The notes under the pieces are model-generated. The model searched no databases. It saw only the letters and a program-made list of their open reading frames with translations, and had not been told where the DNA came from. Below are positions 25,953 to 34,952 of a stretch of 64,000 bases of DNA, piece after piece. A program made the translations under genes and the position numbers. Source of the DNA: Draconibacterium orientale (GTDB lineage Bacteria > Bacteroidota > Bacteroidia > Bacteroidales > JAADGE01); contig DYMH01000002.1 of NCBI GenBank assembly GCA_020721645.1, forward strand, positions 4,793 to 68,792, in the 5' to 3' direction. Positions within the stretch are counted from its first letter, which is position 1; each line of letters opens with the position of its first letter.

Positions 25953-28055
25953 TTATATCTCATCTTTTATTGTTATCATTACAAACATTCCTTTTCCGTC
26001 TTCGCTGTTAAAATCGCATTTTCCGCGAATTGTTTTTATTTTATTGGCAATATTTCCCAAGCCCATTCCTGCTCCTTCCCGCATCATTTTGTCGATGTCG
26101 AAACCAACGCCGTCATCGCGATAATAAAGAATAATCAAGTGATTCACGTTTTTAAGTTCTATTGTTATTTTGGAAGCTTGCGAATGTTTTATTGTATTGT
26201 TAATTAATTCTTTAATTGATTGATAGAGAATAGTTTCCACAATATCATGCTTTTCGCGTATATAATTTTCGGTATTCAGCTCAATTTCAACCGATTTGCT
26301 GTTTTGTACAAATGCAATAAAATCGTTTACGGCAGCAGCCAAACCGAAATCCTGCAAATTTCCCGGAGCAATATTTTTTGAAATTTGCTTGGTTGTTTTT
26401 ATGGCTTCATCGACTAATTCATCGATATTTTGTGCAATTTCCGTAATGCTGATTTTGTTGAAATCTCCTTTTTTCAATAAATCGCTGTACAACTTTGCTG
26501 TTGAGAGAATTGGTCCCAAATCGTCGTGCAAATCGCCGGCAAAACGTTTGCGTTCCTTATCTTCTGTTTCAATAATTGCCGTTACAAGCTTTTTTTCCAA
26601 AGCTTTTCGTTCGGTAATATTTCGTGCAATGCTTAAAATTGCTTCTCTTCCCGCAAAATCAAACAAACGACTTTTCATTTCATATGAAATAACTGTTCCC
26701 GACTTGGAAATATGTTCAGTTTCGTAAACATAATAACCTTTTTCACGTACTGTTGTTAATATTTCATTAACTTCTTGTCTGTAAAATGATGTTTTAATAT
26801 CGTGAAGTCGCATTTTAAGTAATTCTTTTTTTGAATAGCCCAAACTTTCGCATGTTAATTTGTTCATTTCCACAAAATAACCGTTGAAATCAACAAGATA
26901 AATTTCATCGCCGCTGTTCTCGAAAAGCAATCGGAATTTTTTTTCGGATTCCTCAAGATCTGCCTGCGTTTTAATGAGTTTCTTATTATAATCGGCAATT
27001 TCCTTGATATATGAAATCAGTTTCCGGGTAGTGAAAAAATAGACAAAAACAGACAATAAAATGAAAATTAAAACTCCGAGAATTAACGAACGGATAATAA
27101 TGTTTTTGACCATTACAGATGCTGTTTCGTCTTCGTCAACTGTCGCAATCACATACAAATCGAAGTTTTCAAAATATGAAAAAGCTGTAATTTGTCGATT
27201 TTTAGGCGATTGATTTGTAGGTCTGAAACTCCCGTTTTTTTGATTCTGTATCATTTCAAAAATTTGCTGATTGAAAGACCCGTTTTTTGAATCGGAACTT
27301 TGAACAACAATTTCTCTTTTATTATTGATAATGAGAATATCACCGGGAATTTCTACTTTAAAATTTTTGATAATCTTTGAAATTTCAGATAAATCCTTTT
27401 CTTTTACTCCAACATAAAGCATTCCAATTATTTTGTCTTTATTAAAGATAGGTTCGTAAGCTGCAATATACCAGTCATTTACAACAAAAGCCCGACCAAA
27501 AAACGAATTCCCTTTTTCGATTGATTTCACAACTTCCGAACTGTTTGGAATGTAGGTATATAAAGCCCGTGAATCATCTGAATTTCTGACATTTGTCGAA
27601 ATTCTCACAAAACCGCTGTCAGTTTTTTGAAAAATGGTTGAAGTACAATGTGTAATTTCCTGAATTTTATCGACGGCGGAAAAGTCAGCAGAAATATCTT
27701 TTCCGCTTAAAAACCAGTAATTCAATGGTGATTGAATTGAAATTCCTGTATTTTGGTCGATAATTTGTTCGAGATTTTTTTGGGGTTGAATTTTCAAAGT
27801 CGAGGAATGGAAATAATCGTGAAAGAATCTCAAATTTTCCTTTACTTTCTCGGTTTTCAGACTTTTTTCACGCTCAAAAATACCAACTATTGTTTGAGTT
27901 TCAAGCAGTAAACTTTTTTCGCTTGCTTCAAAAACCGTTTGTTTCGATGTTTGAACCGATTGAAAGGTTATGGCAAAAACCGAAGCCGCAATACCGATAG
28001 CCAGCGGAGAAAAAATTTTCAATCGAATAAGTCGTCGCGGATATTTTAGTTTCAT
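25953..28055 (-). CDS. Membrane sensor histidine kinase (Cache-like periplasmic domain + PAS + HisKA_3 + HATPase_c), NarX/LiaS-type
   Basis: 700 aa. TM - about 290-aa extracytoplasmic domain - TM; PAS region (FRLLFENSGDEIYLVD); H-box FAGDLHDDLGPILS typical of HisKA_3; C-terminal ATPase (DDGVGFD, GMGLGNI). Confidence 0.85.
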   Translation of the reverse strand: MKLKYPRRLIRLKIFSPLAIGIAASVFAITFQSVQTSKQTVFEASEKSLLLETQTIVGIFEREKSLKTEKVKENLRFFHDYFHSSTLKIQPQKNLEQIIDQNTGISIQSPLNYWFLSGKDISADFSAVDKIQEITHCTSTIFQKTDSGFVRISTNVRNSDDSRALYTYIPNSSEVVKSIEKGNSFFGRAFVVNDWYIAAYEPIFNKDKIIGMLYVGVKEKDLSEISKIIKNFKVEIPGDILIINNKREIVVQSSDSKNGSFNQQIFEMIQNQKNGSFRPTNQSPKNRQITAFSYFENFDLYVIATVDEDETASVMVKNIIIRSLILGVLIFILLSVFVYFFTTRKLISYIKEIADYNKKLIKTQADLEESEKKFRLLFENSGDEIYLVDFNGYFVEMNKLTCESLGYSKKELLKMRLHDIKTSFYRQEVNEILTTVREKGYYVYETEHISKSGTVISYEMKSRLFDFAGREAILSIARNITERKALEKKLVTAIIETEDKERKRFAGDLHDDLGPILSTAKLYSDLLKKGDFNKISITEIAQNIDELVDEAIKTTKQISKNIAPGNLQDFGLAAAVNDFIAFVQNSKSVEIELNTENYIREKHDIVETILYQSIKELINNTIKHSQASKITIELKNVNHLIILYYRDDGVGFDIDKMMREGAGMGLGNIANKIKTIRGKCDFNSEDGKGMFVMITIKDEI

Positions 28056-28168
28056 AATGCAATGCTTGATACTGAAAAAATATTATCAAAAACCTCTCAA
28101 ATAACACAATAAATTACAGAACTTTAGTTTGAAGAAAGTTGAATGCTTTAAGCATTTTATAAAACCAA

Positions 28169-28867
28169 TTATACTATATGATAATAAAAGTAAATAGAAC
28201 CAAAAACTACTAATAAATTGCCCGACATGTGAACGGCAATAGCATAGGCATTGTTATTGTATTTTTCCTGGTAATATCCTGCTACTAATCCGATTATGGT
28301 GGTGAATATAATAGTTTTAAGCAAAAGTAAAAAACCAGCACCAGTCGTTATTAAAATCAAATGTGATGATCCAAACATGATAGCACTGATTATAACAGGA
28401 AAGCAAATTTTTCTTACAAACAGCATTATTCCATATGCATTCATTGGTTTTAAAATGTTTAATAAAAAACCGCGAAATAAAATTTCTTCGACAACAGAAG
28501 CATAGATAAAAATGAATATAATTACTTCAAACGGTGTCATTTTTGTTATAATTTCCATTCCTTCAATCTTATTTCCGGAAATTATAATTATTAATGAAAT
28601 AGAGACATTTACAATAAAACTCGCACAGAAACCAAACACTATCGGCTTTAATAATTTCTTTAAATTGGGTAATGAAATTTTATAATCAACATGTTTTTTC
28701 AATATAAATAGTGTCAAAACAGATAATAATAGCATAGTCGAATACGTATAAAAAGCATTTCCTAAAAAATCAATATTCAAGTCTATCACACGACCAATAA
28801 TATTCGATAATAAAAATATTACAATTGCAAGTGTCATTCCATAAATAATTTGTTCGAAATTTTTCAT
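28169..28867 (-). CDS. CPBP-family intramembrane glutamic endopeptidase (CAAX protease-like)
   Basis: 232 aa and polytopic. Motifs: EEILFRGFLLN and FGSSHL. Confidence 0.75.
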   Translation of the reverse strand: MKNFEQIIYGMTLAIVIFLLSNIIGRVIDLNIDFLGNAFYTYSTMLLLSVLTLFILKKHVDYKISLPNLKKLLKPIVFGFCASFIVNVSISLIIIISGNKIEGMEIITKMTPFEVIIFIFIYASVVEEILFRGFLLNILKPMNAYGIMLFVRKICFPVIISAIMFGSSHLILITTGAGFLLLLKTIIFTTIIGLVAGYYQEKYNNNAYAIAVHMSGNLLVVFGSIYFYYHIV

Positions 28868-29065
28868 TCGTTAATAATTTGTTAAAAACTATCCAATACA
28901 TGATTTTTTTTCCAAAGTTAGTCAATTATCTATTTGTTGAAAAAAGTTCCCGGCTGAAAATTCCATTTTTGTTCCTAAATTATCTAAAGTTTCAAAACAA
29001 AAGTATTTATTTTAAATTTGAAAAAATAATGAAATCACATCCTCCTCACTCTTAATAAAAAAAAA

Positions 29066-30211
29066 ATGGAAAATTTCACGGCTTACAATCCTACAATGCT
29101 GCATTTCGGTAAAAACGTAACCGATAAATTGGGCGAAACAGCATCGCAATACGGAAAAACAGCTCTCTTGATTTTCGGAAATGGAAGTGTAATTGAAAAT
29201 GGCTATTATGATACGATTAAAAATCAACTCAAAAAAGCGAATATTAAAATTGCTGAATATTCAGGAATCAGACCCAATCCGCATATCGAAGACGTGGACA
29301 AAGCCTCTGAATTGTGCCGAAAAGAAAACGTCAATTTGATTGTTGCACTCGGTGGCGGAAGTGTAATTGACAGTGCCAAAGCCGTTTCGGTTTGTGCTCC
29401 CGAAAACCTGAAAGTTTGGGACGTAGTCAAAGGAAAATCCAAACCGACAAAATCTTTGCCGCTGATTGCTGTTTTGACATTGGCTGCAACAGGCACCGAA
29501 ATGAATCCGTTTGCAGTGGTTCAAAATCCCGAAACATCAGAAAAAATAGGCTTCGGCGGACCTTTAATGTATCCGAAACACTCGTTTCTCGACCCGCAAT
29601 TCACTTACAGTGTTCCGAAAAATTATACGGCTTACGGAATTGTCGATTTGATTGCCCACTCACTCGAAAATTTCTTCGGATACGGACACGCACCCCTCAG
29701 CGACCGATTTGTTGCATCAATCATCACCGAAGCAATGCACTACGGACCTTTGCTGTTGAGTGATTTGACAAATTACGATTACCGAGCTAATATCTTATGG
29801 CAATCGACCTGTGCTCTCAACGGAACAACTTTACACGGACGAGCGGGCGGCGATTGGGGCGTTCACGATTTGGGGCATTCGCTGTCTGTTCTTTTCGATA
29901 CGCCGCACGGTGCAACGCTTTCCGTTGCCTACATCGCATGGTTTAAATGGTTGAAAACAAAAGACAACAAACGTTTAGCCGATTTATCTAAATTGTTGTT
30001 TAACACTGAAAACACTGATGTTTTAATCGAAAAATTCGAGTCATTTTTTAAATCAATAGAATGCCCTGTTCGTTTGGCGGAAGTCGGCATCGAAATTGAT
30101 AAAAAACAAATGATATTTGATACTTTCACAAAAAACAATGTTACCGGAACGATGTATAAAATGAACGAGGCAGACAGAATGTTTCTGTTGGAAAATATGT
30201 ATTCACTGTAA
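29066..30211 (+). CDS. Iron-containing (group III) alcohol dehydrogenase, butanol dehydrogenase/YqhD-like
   Basis: 381 aa. Motifs: LIVALGGGSVIDSAK, LTLAATGTEMN, histidine-rich metal site (HDLGHSLS...PHGA). Confidence 0.85.
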   Translation: MENFTAYNPTMLHFGKNVTDKLGETASQYGKTALLIFGNGSVIENGYYDTIKNQLKKANIKIAEYSGIRPNPHIEDVDKASELCRKENVNLIVALGGGSVIDSAKAVSVCAPENLKVWDVVKGKSKPTKSLPLIAVLTLAATGTEMNPFAVVQNPETSEKIGFGGPLMYPKHSFLDPQFTYSVPKNYTAYGIVDLIAHSLENFFGYGHAPLSDRFVASIITEAMHYGPLLLSDLTNYDYRANILWQSTCALNGTTLHGRAGGDWGVHDLGHSLSVLFDTPHGATLSVAYIAWFKWLKTKDNKRLADLSKLLFNTENTDVLIEKFESFFKSIECPVRLAEVGIEIDKKQMIFDTFTKNNVTGTMYKMNEADRMFLLENMYSL

Positions 30212-30214
30212 TCT

Positions 30215-31153
30215 CTAATAATAATGTTGCAAAACAGCCGCAACTTCCATCATATACGCCAAGCCCAAATGGATAATAACTCCGGCAAAAATATTTTTTC
30301 GATACAATGCAATCACACCGAGTATGTAACCACCGAAAAACGAACTGATTGTTTCGCCTGCGGGCTTGCCGAAATGTATAAATACGTATAAAACAACCAT
30401 CGGTAAAATGGCTTCTGTTCCCAAAACCGAAGCCATTCCGATTACCAAAGCCCCGCGAAACATGAGCTCGACATTTAAAAAATCGATTCCGTAAACAAGC
30501 TCGTAAATACCAAACATTTGTTTCGGGTTCAATCCATAAGCTTCGTGCATATTCCAAAATTTAAACTGCGGATATGTATGTTGAAAATCTGCCTGAAACG
30601 ATGCCCAAGCAGCCAAAGGTGCCATCATTAAAAGCAAAATTATAAACGGACGATAATTTAATCCTTTGAATCGCAAACCATAGAAATTCATGTTTTTGCG
30701 TTCATAAATCCATTTTATCACAAATAATACAAAAAGATAGGGAATCAATCGTTTAAAATTCGATGCCAAACGCATCATAAAATGGGCATCATAGACATTG
30801 GTTTCGTAAATTTGTATCAATTTAATATGATATGAAAATCCGGACATTATGCCCGCAATTATCAAAAACGCAAGACTTTTTACCCAAAATTCCGGATTTT
30901 TCAAAAGAGTCATTTTCTTTTTGAAATACAGAATCGGAATCAACGTAAAATAATAGGGAAATGAGTAAAAAAGTGTATAATAAAGCATACATACCGGGCG
31001 ACCGAAAGATTTCTCGATGTACTGCTTTTCAAAATTGAAACGATAATTTAAGTATATCGAAACAGCTGTGAAAAAAAACACAAAAATGTAGCTTTTCAGA
31101 TTGTATTCAGTCTTAACATGAGACCGTATCAAATTTATTAATTCTTTCATCAC
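30215..31153 (-). CDS. Polytopic membrane protein, probable CPBP-family protease
   Basis: 312 aa. Motifs: VELMFRGALV, FIHFGKPAGE, IIHLGLAYMME in predicted TM helices. Confidence 0.55.
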   Translation of the reverse strand: MMKELINLIRSHVKTEYNLKSYIFVFFFTAVSIYLNYRFNFEKQYIEKSFGRPVCMLYYTLFYSFPYYFTLIPILYFKKKMTLLKNPEFWVKSLAFLIIAGIMSGFSYHIKLIQIYETNVYDAHFMMRLASNFKRLIPYLFVLFVIKWIYERKNMNFYGLRFKGLNYRPFIILLLMMAPLAAWASFQADFQHTYPQFKFWNMHEAYGLNPKQMFGIYELVYGIDFLNVELMFRGALVIGMASVLGTEAILPMVVLYVFIHFGKPAGETISSFFGGYILGVIALYRKNIFAGVIIHLGLAYMMEVAAVLQHYY

Positions 31154-31349
31154 GCAGTAAGATTATATTTCGACAAAAATTTATCAAAACAAAACAATTC
31201 AACTCAAAATTCCAAATTATTTATTCTTTACAAATCAAGAGTTTATGTCGAATTTGAAAGAATGTATTTTTTTTTTAAGAAAAAATATACTTTTTTTCGA
31301 TAAAAATTTTTTCAAACGAAAAAAAAACCTTAATATTGCAGCCACAAAA

Positions 31350-31422
<73 letters not shown>

Positions 31423-31457
31423 CTTTTTTTATGCTCTTTTTTTAACACAAAATACTT

Positions 31458-31541
31458 GCTCCGGTGGCGGAATAGGTAGACGCGCAGGACTTAAAATCCT
31501 GTGACCATTAGGTCGTGCCGGTTCGATTCCGGCCCGGAGTA
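31458..31541 (+). tRNA. tRNA-Leu (TAA)
   Basis: Class II tRNA with long variable arm. Acceptor GCTCCGG/CCGGAGT (G1:U72), anticodon loop CTTAAAA, T-arm GCCGG-TTCGATT-CCGGC. Confidence 0.85.
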
Positions 31542-31544
31542 CGA

Positions 31545-31580
31545 AAAACCTTCCTGCATCAGCTCGAAGGTTTTTTATTT
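31545..31580 (+). terminator. Intrinsic terminator after the tRNA-Gly/tRNA-Leu pair
   Basis: AAAACCTTC - 12-nt loop - GAAGGTTTT continuing into TTTTTTATTTT. Confidence 0.7.
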
Positions 31581-31600
31581 TCTATTAATCTGTCTTACAC

Positions 31601-32197
31601 TTGTCGGACTTTTACAAAACCATAGAATCTTCATCGGAAGGGCAGTTCAAAGACCGCGGCAGCAAGTTTTTGGCTTATGCCTATCCTGTTAAAAATGAAA
31701 AGGATATAGATGCGTTACGAACCGAGTTGCGAAAAAAACATTTCGATGCCCGGCATCATGTGTACGCTTTTATGCTTGGTGCAGAAAGTAAAACGTACAG
31801 AGCTTCGGACGACGGCGAACCGTCTAATTCCTCCGGGCAACCCGTTTTGGGGCAGATTCGTTCTTTTGAACTGACTGATATTTTAGTGGTGGTTGTTCGC
31901 TATTTCGGAGGTACAAAACTCGGAGTGCCCGGATTAATCCATGCCTACAAAACAGCAGCTCACGATGCTTTAATAAATGCAAAAATTATAACTCAAACCA
32001 TTACCGAAAACTTGTCGGTAGAATTTGATTATCCTCTGATGAATGTTGTGATGCACATTGCAAAAGATGAAAATTTGGAACAAAGCGAACAAAATTTTGA
32101 ACTCTCGTGTCGTATCGTTTTTCGCATACCTCAAAGTGCCTTTGAACGAATTTCGGAAAAATTTAAAGCAATTCATGGTGTTAAAATTTCAAAATAA
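31601..32197 (+). CDS. yigZ: IMPACT/YigZ-family protein (UPF0029)
   Basis: 198 aa. Motifs: FKDRGSKFLAYAYPV, ARHHVYAF, DDGEPSNSSGQP, VVVVRYFGGTKLG. It uses a TTG start only 20 nt after the preceding terminator. Confidence 0.8.
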   Translation: MSDFYKTIESSSEGQFKDRGSKFLAYAYPVKNEKDIDALRTELRKKHFDARHHVYAFMLGAESKTYRASDDGEPSNSSGQPVLGQIRSFELTDILVVVVRYFGGTKLGVPGLIHAYKTAAHDALINAKIITQTITENLSVEFDYPLMNVVMHIAKDENLEQSEQNFELSCRIVFRIPQSAFERISEKFKAIHGVKISK

Positions 32198-32266
32198 TTT
32201 CCGATTTTGTGATTCATTTAATTTTTTTCTTTACATTTGTAAACGATATAAAATTAAAGTTATCGT

Positions 32267-32386
32267 ATGAGAACCGAAATCCAATTTGATGATATAAAGA
32301 GAATTACTCTCTGCCTAAAACCTGTCGTATTTTACCAATCGACAGGTTTTTTTATTTTTATCACACGCCGATTCAAAAATATTTAA
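32267..32386 (+). promoter_or_regulatory. Candidate pyrBI leader ORF (39 codons) running through a terminator hairpin
   Basis: Hand translation from the ATG at 32267 gives MRTEIQFDDIKRITLCLKPVVFYQSTGFFIFITRRFKNI, with stop at 32384-32386, 12 nt before the pyrB ATG. The ORF spans the hairpin at 32317-32350. Confidence 0.4.
32317..32359 (+). terminator. Intrinsic terminator / attenuator immediately upstream of pyrB
   Basis: AAAACCTGTCG (32317-32327) pairs with CGACAGGTTTT (32340-32350), 12-nt loop TATTTTACCAAT, then TTTTTTTATTTTT. Only about 40 nt separate it from the pyrB start. Confidence 0.7.
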
Positions 32387-32398
32387 AATAATACGAAA

Positions 32399-33322
32399 AT
32401 GAAAAACAGAAGTCTTGTTTCGATAAATGACTATTCTACCGACAATATTTCGGAAATTTTACGACGCACCGAATTGTTTGAGAAAAAGCCCGTCCAAAAG
32501 ATATTAGACGGCAAAGTGGTTGCTACACTTTTTTTTGAACCCTCAACCCGCACACGGCTCAGTTTTGAGAGTGCCGTAAATAAATTGGGCGGGAAAGTTA
32601 TCGGATTCACCGATTCTTCATCATCGAGCGTATCCAAAGGCGAAAGTTTAAAAGATACCATCAAAACAGTTGCCAATTACTGCGACCTGATTGTGATGCG
32701 GCACCCTTTGGAAGGCAGTGCGAAATATGCTTCGGAACTGTCGAAAGTGCCCATTATCAATGCGGGCGACGGAGCCAACCAGCACCCGACACAAACCTTG
32801 CTTGATATGTATTCGATAATCAAAACACAAGGAACACTCCAAAATCTGAACATCTTTTTGGTCGGCGATTTAAAATACGGGCGAACCGTCCACTCTTTGC
32901 TTATGGCGATGAGCCGCTACAATCCGGTTTTTAATTTTATATCTCACGAAAAATTACGTATTCCGGACGAATACAAAATGTATCTTAACAATATCGGCAT
33001 AAAATATTATGAGCACAGCGAGTTTGAAAAAATTCAATATGCCGATATTTTATACATGACACGAGTTCAAAAAGAACGATTTTCGGACCCAATGGAATAC
33101 GAAAAAACAAAGGATACCTATATTCTTAAAAATGATATGTTGAATGATACGAAAGACAATCTAAGAATACTTCACCCACTGCCCCGAGTTACGGAAGTGG
33201 ACAATGATGTGGACGAAAACCGGAAAGCCTATTATTTCGACCAAGCTCTCAACGGAGTTTTCACACGGCAGGCAATCATTTCTTCGATTTTGGACATTAA
33301 GCCCGAAAATGATACTAACTAA
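32399..33322 (+). CDS. pyrB: Aspartate carbamoyltransferase catalytic subunit
   Basis: 307 aa. Motifs: [22 protein letters not shown]. Confidence 0.95.
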   Translation: MKNRSLVSINDYSTDNISEILRRTELFEKKPVQKILDGKVVATLFFEPSTRTRLSFESAVNKLGGKVIGFTDSSSSSVSKGESLKDTIKTVANYCDLIVMRHPLEGSAKYASELSKVPIINAGDGANQHPTQTLLDMYSIIKTQGTLQNLNIFLVGDLKYGRTVHSLLMAMSRYNPVFNFISHEKLRIPDEYKMYLNNIGIKYYEHSEFEKIQYADILYMTRVQKERFSDPMEYEKTKDTYILKNDMLNDTKDNLRILHPLPRVTEVDNDVDENRKAYYFDQALNGVFTRQAIISSILDIKPENDTN

Positions 33323-33369
33323 TTGATAATTAAATTTTTGAATTTCATACACTTTAATTCTATCAAATC

Positions 33370-33834
33370 ATGCCAAAAGAAAAAAAATTAATGGTCAACG
33401 CAATCAAAGACGGCACCGTTATCGACCATATCCCGGCAAAACACCTTTTTAAAGTGATTTCGATTCTCGGATTGGACAAAATTAAAACAACCATCACCTT
33501 TGGAACGAATCTGGAAAGTGATAAGCTCGGTAAAAAAGCAATTATCAAGATTTCGGAAGTCTTTTTCGAAGACCAGGACATCAATAAAATTGCATTAATC
33601 ACGCAGGAAGCTCAGTTAAATATCATAAAAAATTATGAAGTCGTTGAGAAAAAACCGGTTCGTATTCCCGATTTTGTTGTAGGTATTGCTAAATGTGTAA
33701 ATCCAAAGTGCATTACAAACAACGAAAATATGCTCACCCGATTCACCATTGTCGATAAAAAAGACATTGCCCTGAAATGCGAATATTGCGAAAAAATTAC
33801 CGATAAAGAACACATCAAAATACTAAAAAACTGA
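33370..33834 (+). CDS. pyrI: Aspartate carbamoyltransferase regulatory subunit
   Basis: 154 aa. Motifs: NAIKDGTVIDHIP and C-terminal zinc motif CVNPKC...CEYCE. Confidence 0.92.
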   Translation: MPKEKKLMVNAIKDGTVIDHIPAKHLFKVISILGLDKIKTTITFGTNLESDKLGKKAIIKISEVFFEDQDINKIALITQEAQLNIIKNYEVVEKKPVRIPDFVVGIAKCVNPKCITNNENMLTRFTIVDKKDIALKCEYCEKITDKEHIKILKN

Positions 33835-33930
33835 ATCGTTTTCGGCTGAAAATCTATTGGTGTAGGGCAAGAAATAAAATTCCCGAATTTTCGTTTTTTA
33901 AAACGATATTTGAAACCCAAGAAAAATTCA

Positions 33931-34689
33931 ATGCTCGACATCGAAAACAATATCGACGAACTTGTATTCCAAAATCGAAATAAAGAATACGGTGCCTATA
34001 TTTTGCGTAAATTATATTCACGCGTAATGGCTTTTTCTATTTCGGTTTCGATATTGATTTTTCTTTCAATTTTTCTATGTTTACAAAAACAAGTTGTCGA
34101 TAAAGAACGAGATATTTTGTTCGACAATCAAAAGTCAATAATTTTTTCACAAATTAACACAAAACGATTCGATAAAATCCCCTCATTAAATCAGATTAAA
34201 CCGCTAAAAAAATCACTCATAAATCAGAATCTGCCGAAAATCGAAAAACAAGAACCGGCTATTCAAATTCAGGATTCTGTTTTTCAAACCCGAATAGATA
34301 CAACAAAAATATCAACAAATACAGATTTTATTTCAAAACCGAACAAAGACAGTTTACAAAATATAACAAACGATGCAGTTATCTTTTTTTTAGCCGATGA
34401 AATGCCTCAATTTATAGGCGGAACTGCGGCTGTTCAAAAATTTATAAGCGAAAATATAAAGTTGTCTTCCATTGCTCTTCGTAAAAATATCTACGGAACG
34501 GTTTGGATTGAATTCTGTGTAACAGATTCCGGCACAGTGGACAGCTTGCGTGTTGCCTGCGGTTTTCACCCCGAACTCGACAAAGAAGCACTGCGTGTTA
34601 TCCGACTGCTGCCCAAATGGAATCCCGGCAAAATCAAAGGTCGCCCGGTGAACGTTTGGCAAACACTGCCGGTAAAATTTGTGCCTTAA
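33931..34689 (+). CDS. TonB-family protein (energy transducer, C-terminal TonB domain)
   Basis: N-terminal TM anchor, low-complexity linker, C-terminal EMPQFIGG...YGTVWIEFCV...GKIKGRPV. ATG 33931 is preferred over the TTG at 33910. Confidence 0.8.
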   Translation: MLDIENNIDELVFQNRNKEYGAYILRKLYSRVMAFSISVSILIFLSIFLCLQKQVVDKERDILFDNQKSIIFSQINTKRFDKIPSLNQIKPLKKSLINQNLPKIEKQEPAIQIQDSVFQTRIDTTKISTNTDFISKPNKDSLQNITNDAVIFFLADEMPQFIGGTAAVQKFISENIKLSSIALRKNIYGTVWIEFCVTDSGTVDSLRVACGFHPELDKEALRVIRLLPKWNPGKIKGRPVNVWQTLPVKFVP

Positions 34690-34952
34690 TGTGCTTTTAT
34701 TGAAATTATTGTAGCTTTTTAAAAATTATTTTTGTACTAAATATCAGTTAATAATAATATTCTCAGACAAATTGTTTTTCAATACAATGTTCGGTGTATT
34801 TGACAAAATTTGTGTCTATTTTTTTAAAAAGTTTATTAAAATTTTGGAAGACAGAAAAAAACTGAACAAATGTTAATATAATTTAAAAAATTTCCGAAGT
34901 GATATGTAATGGTTTACTTTGCCGAAAATTTACGAATTTACTGATATCAGAA

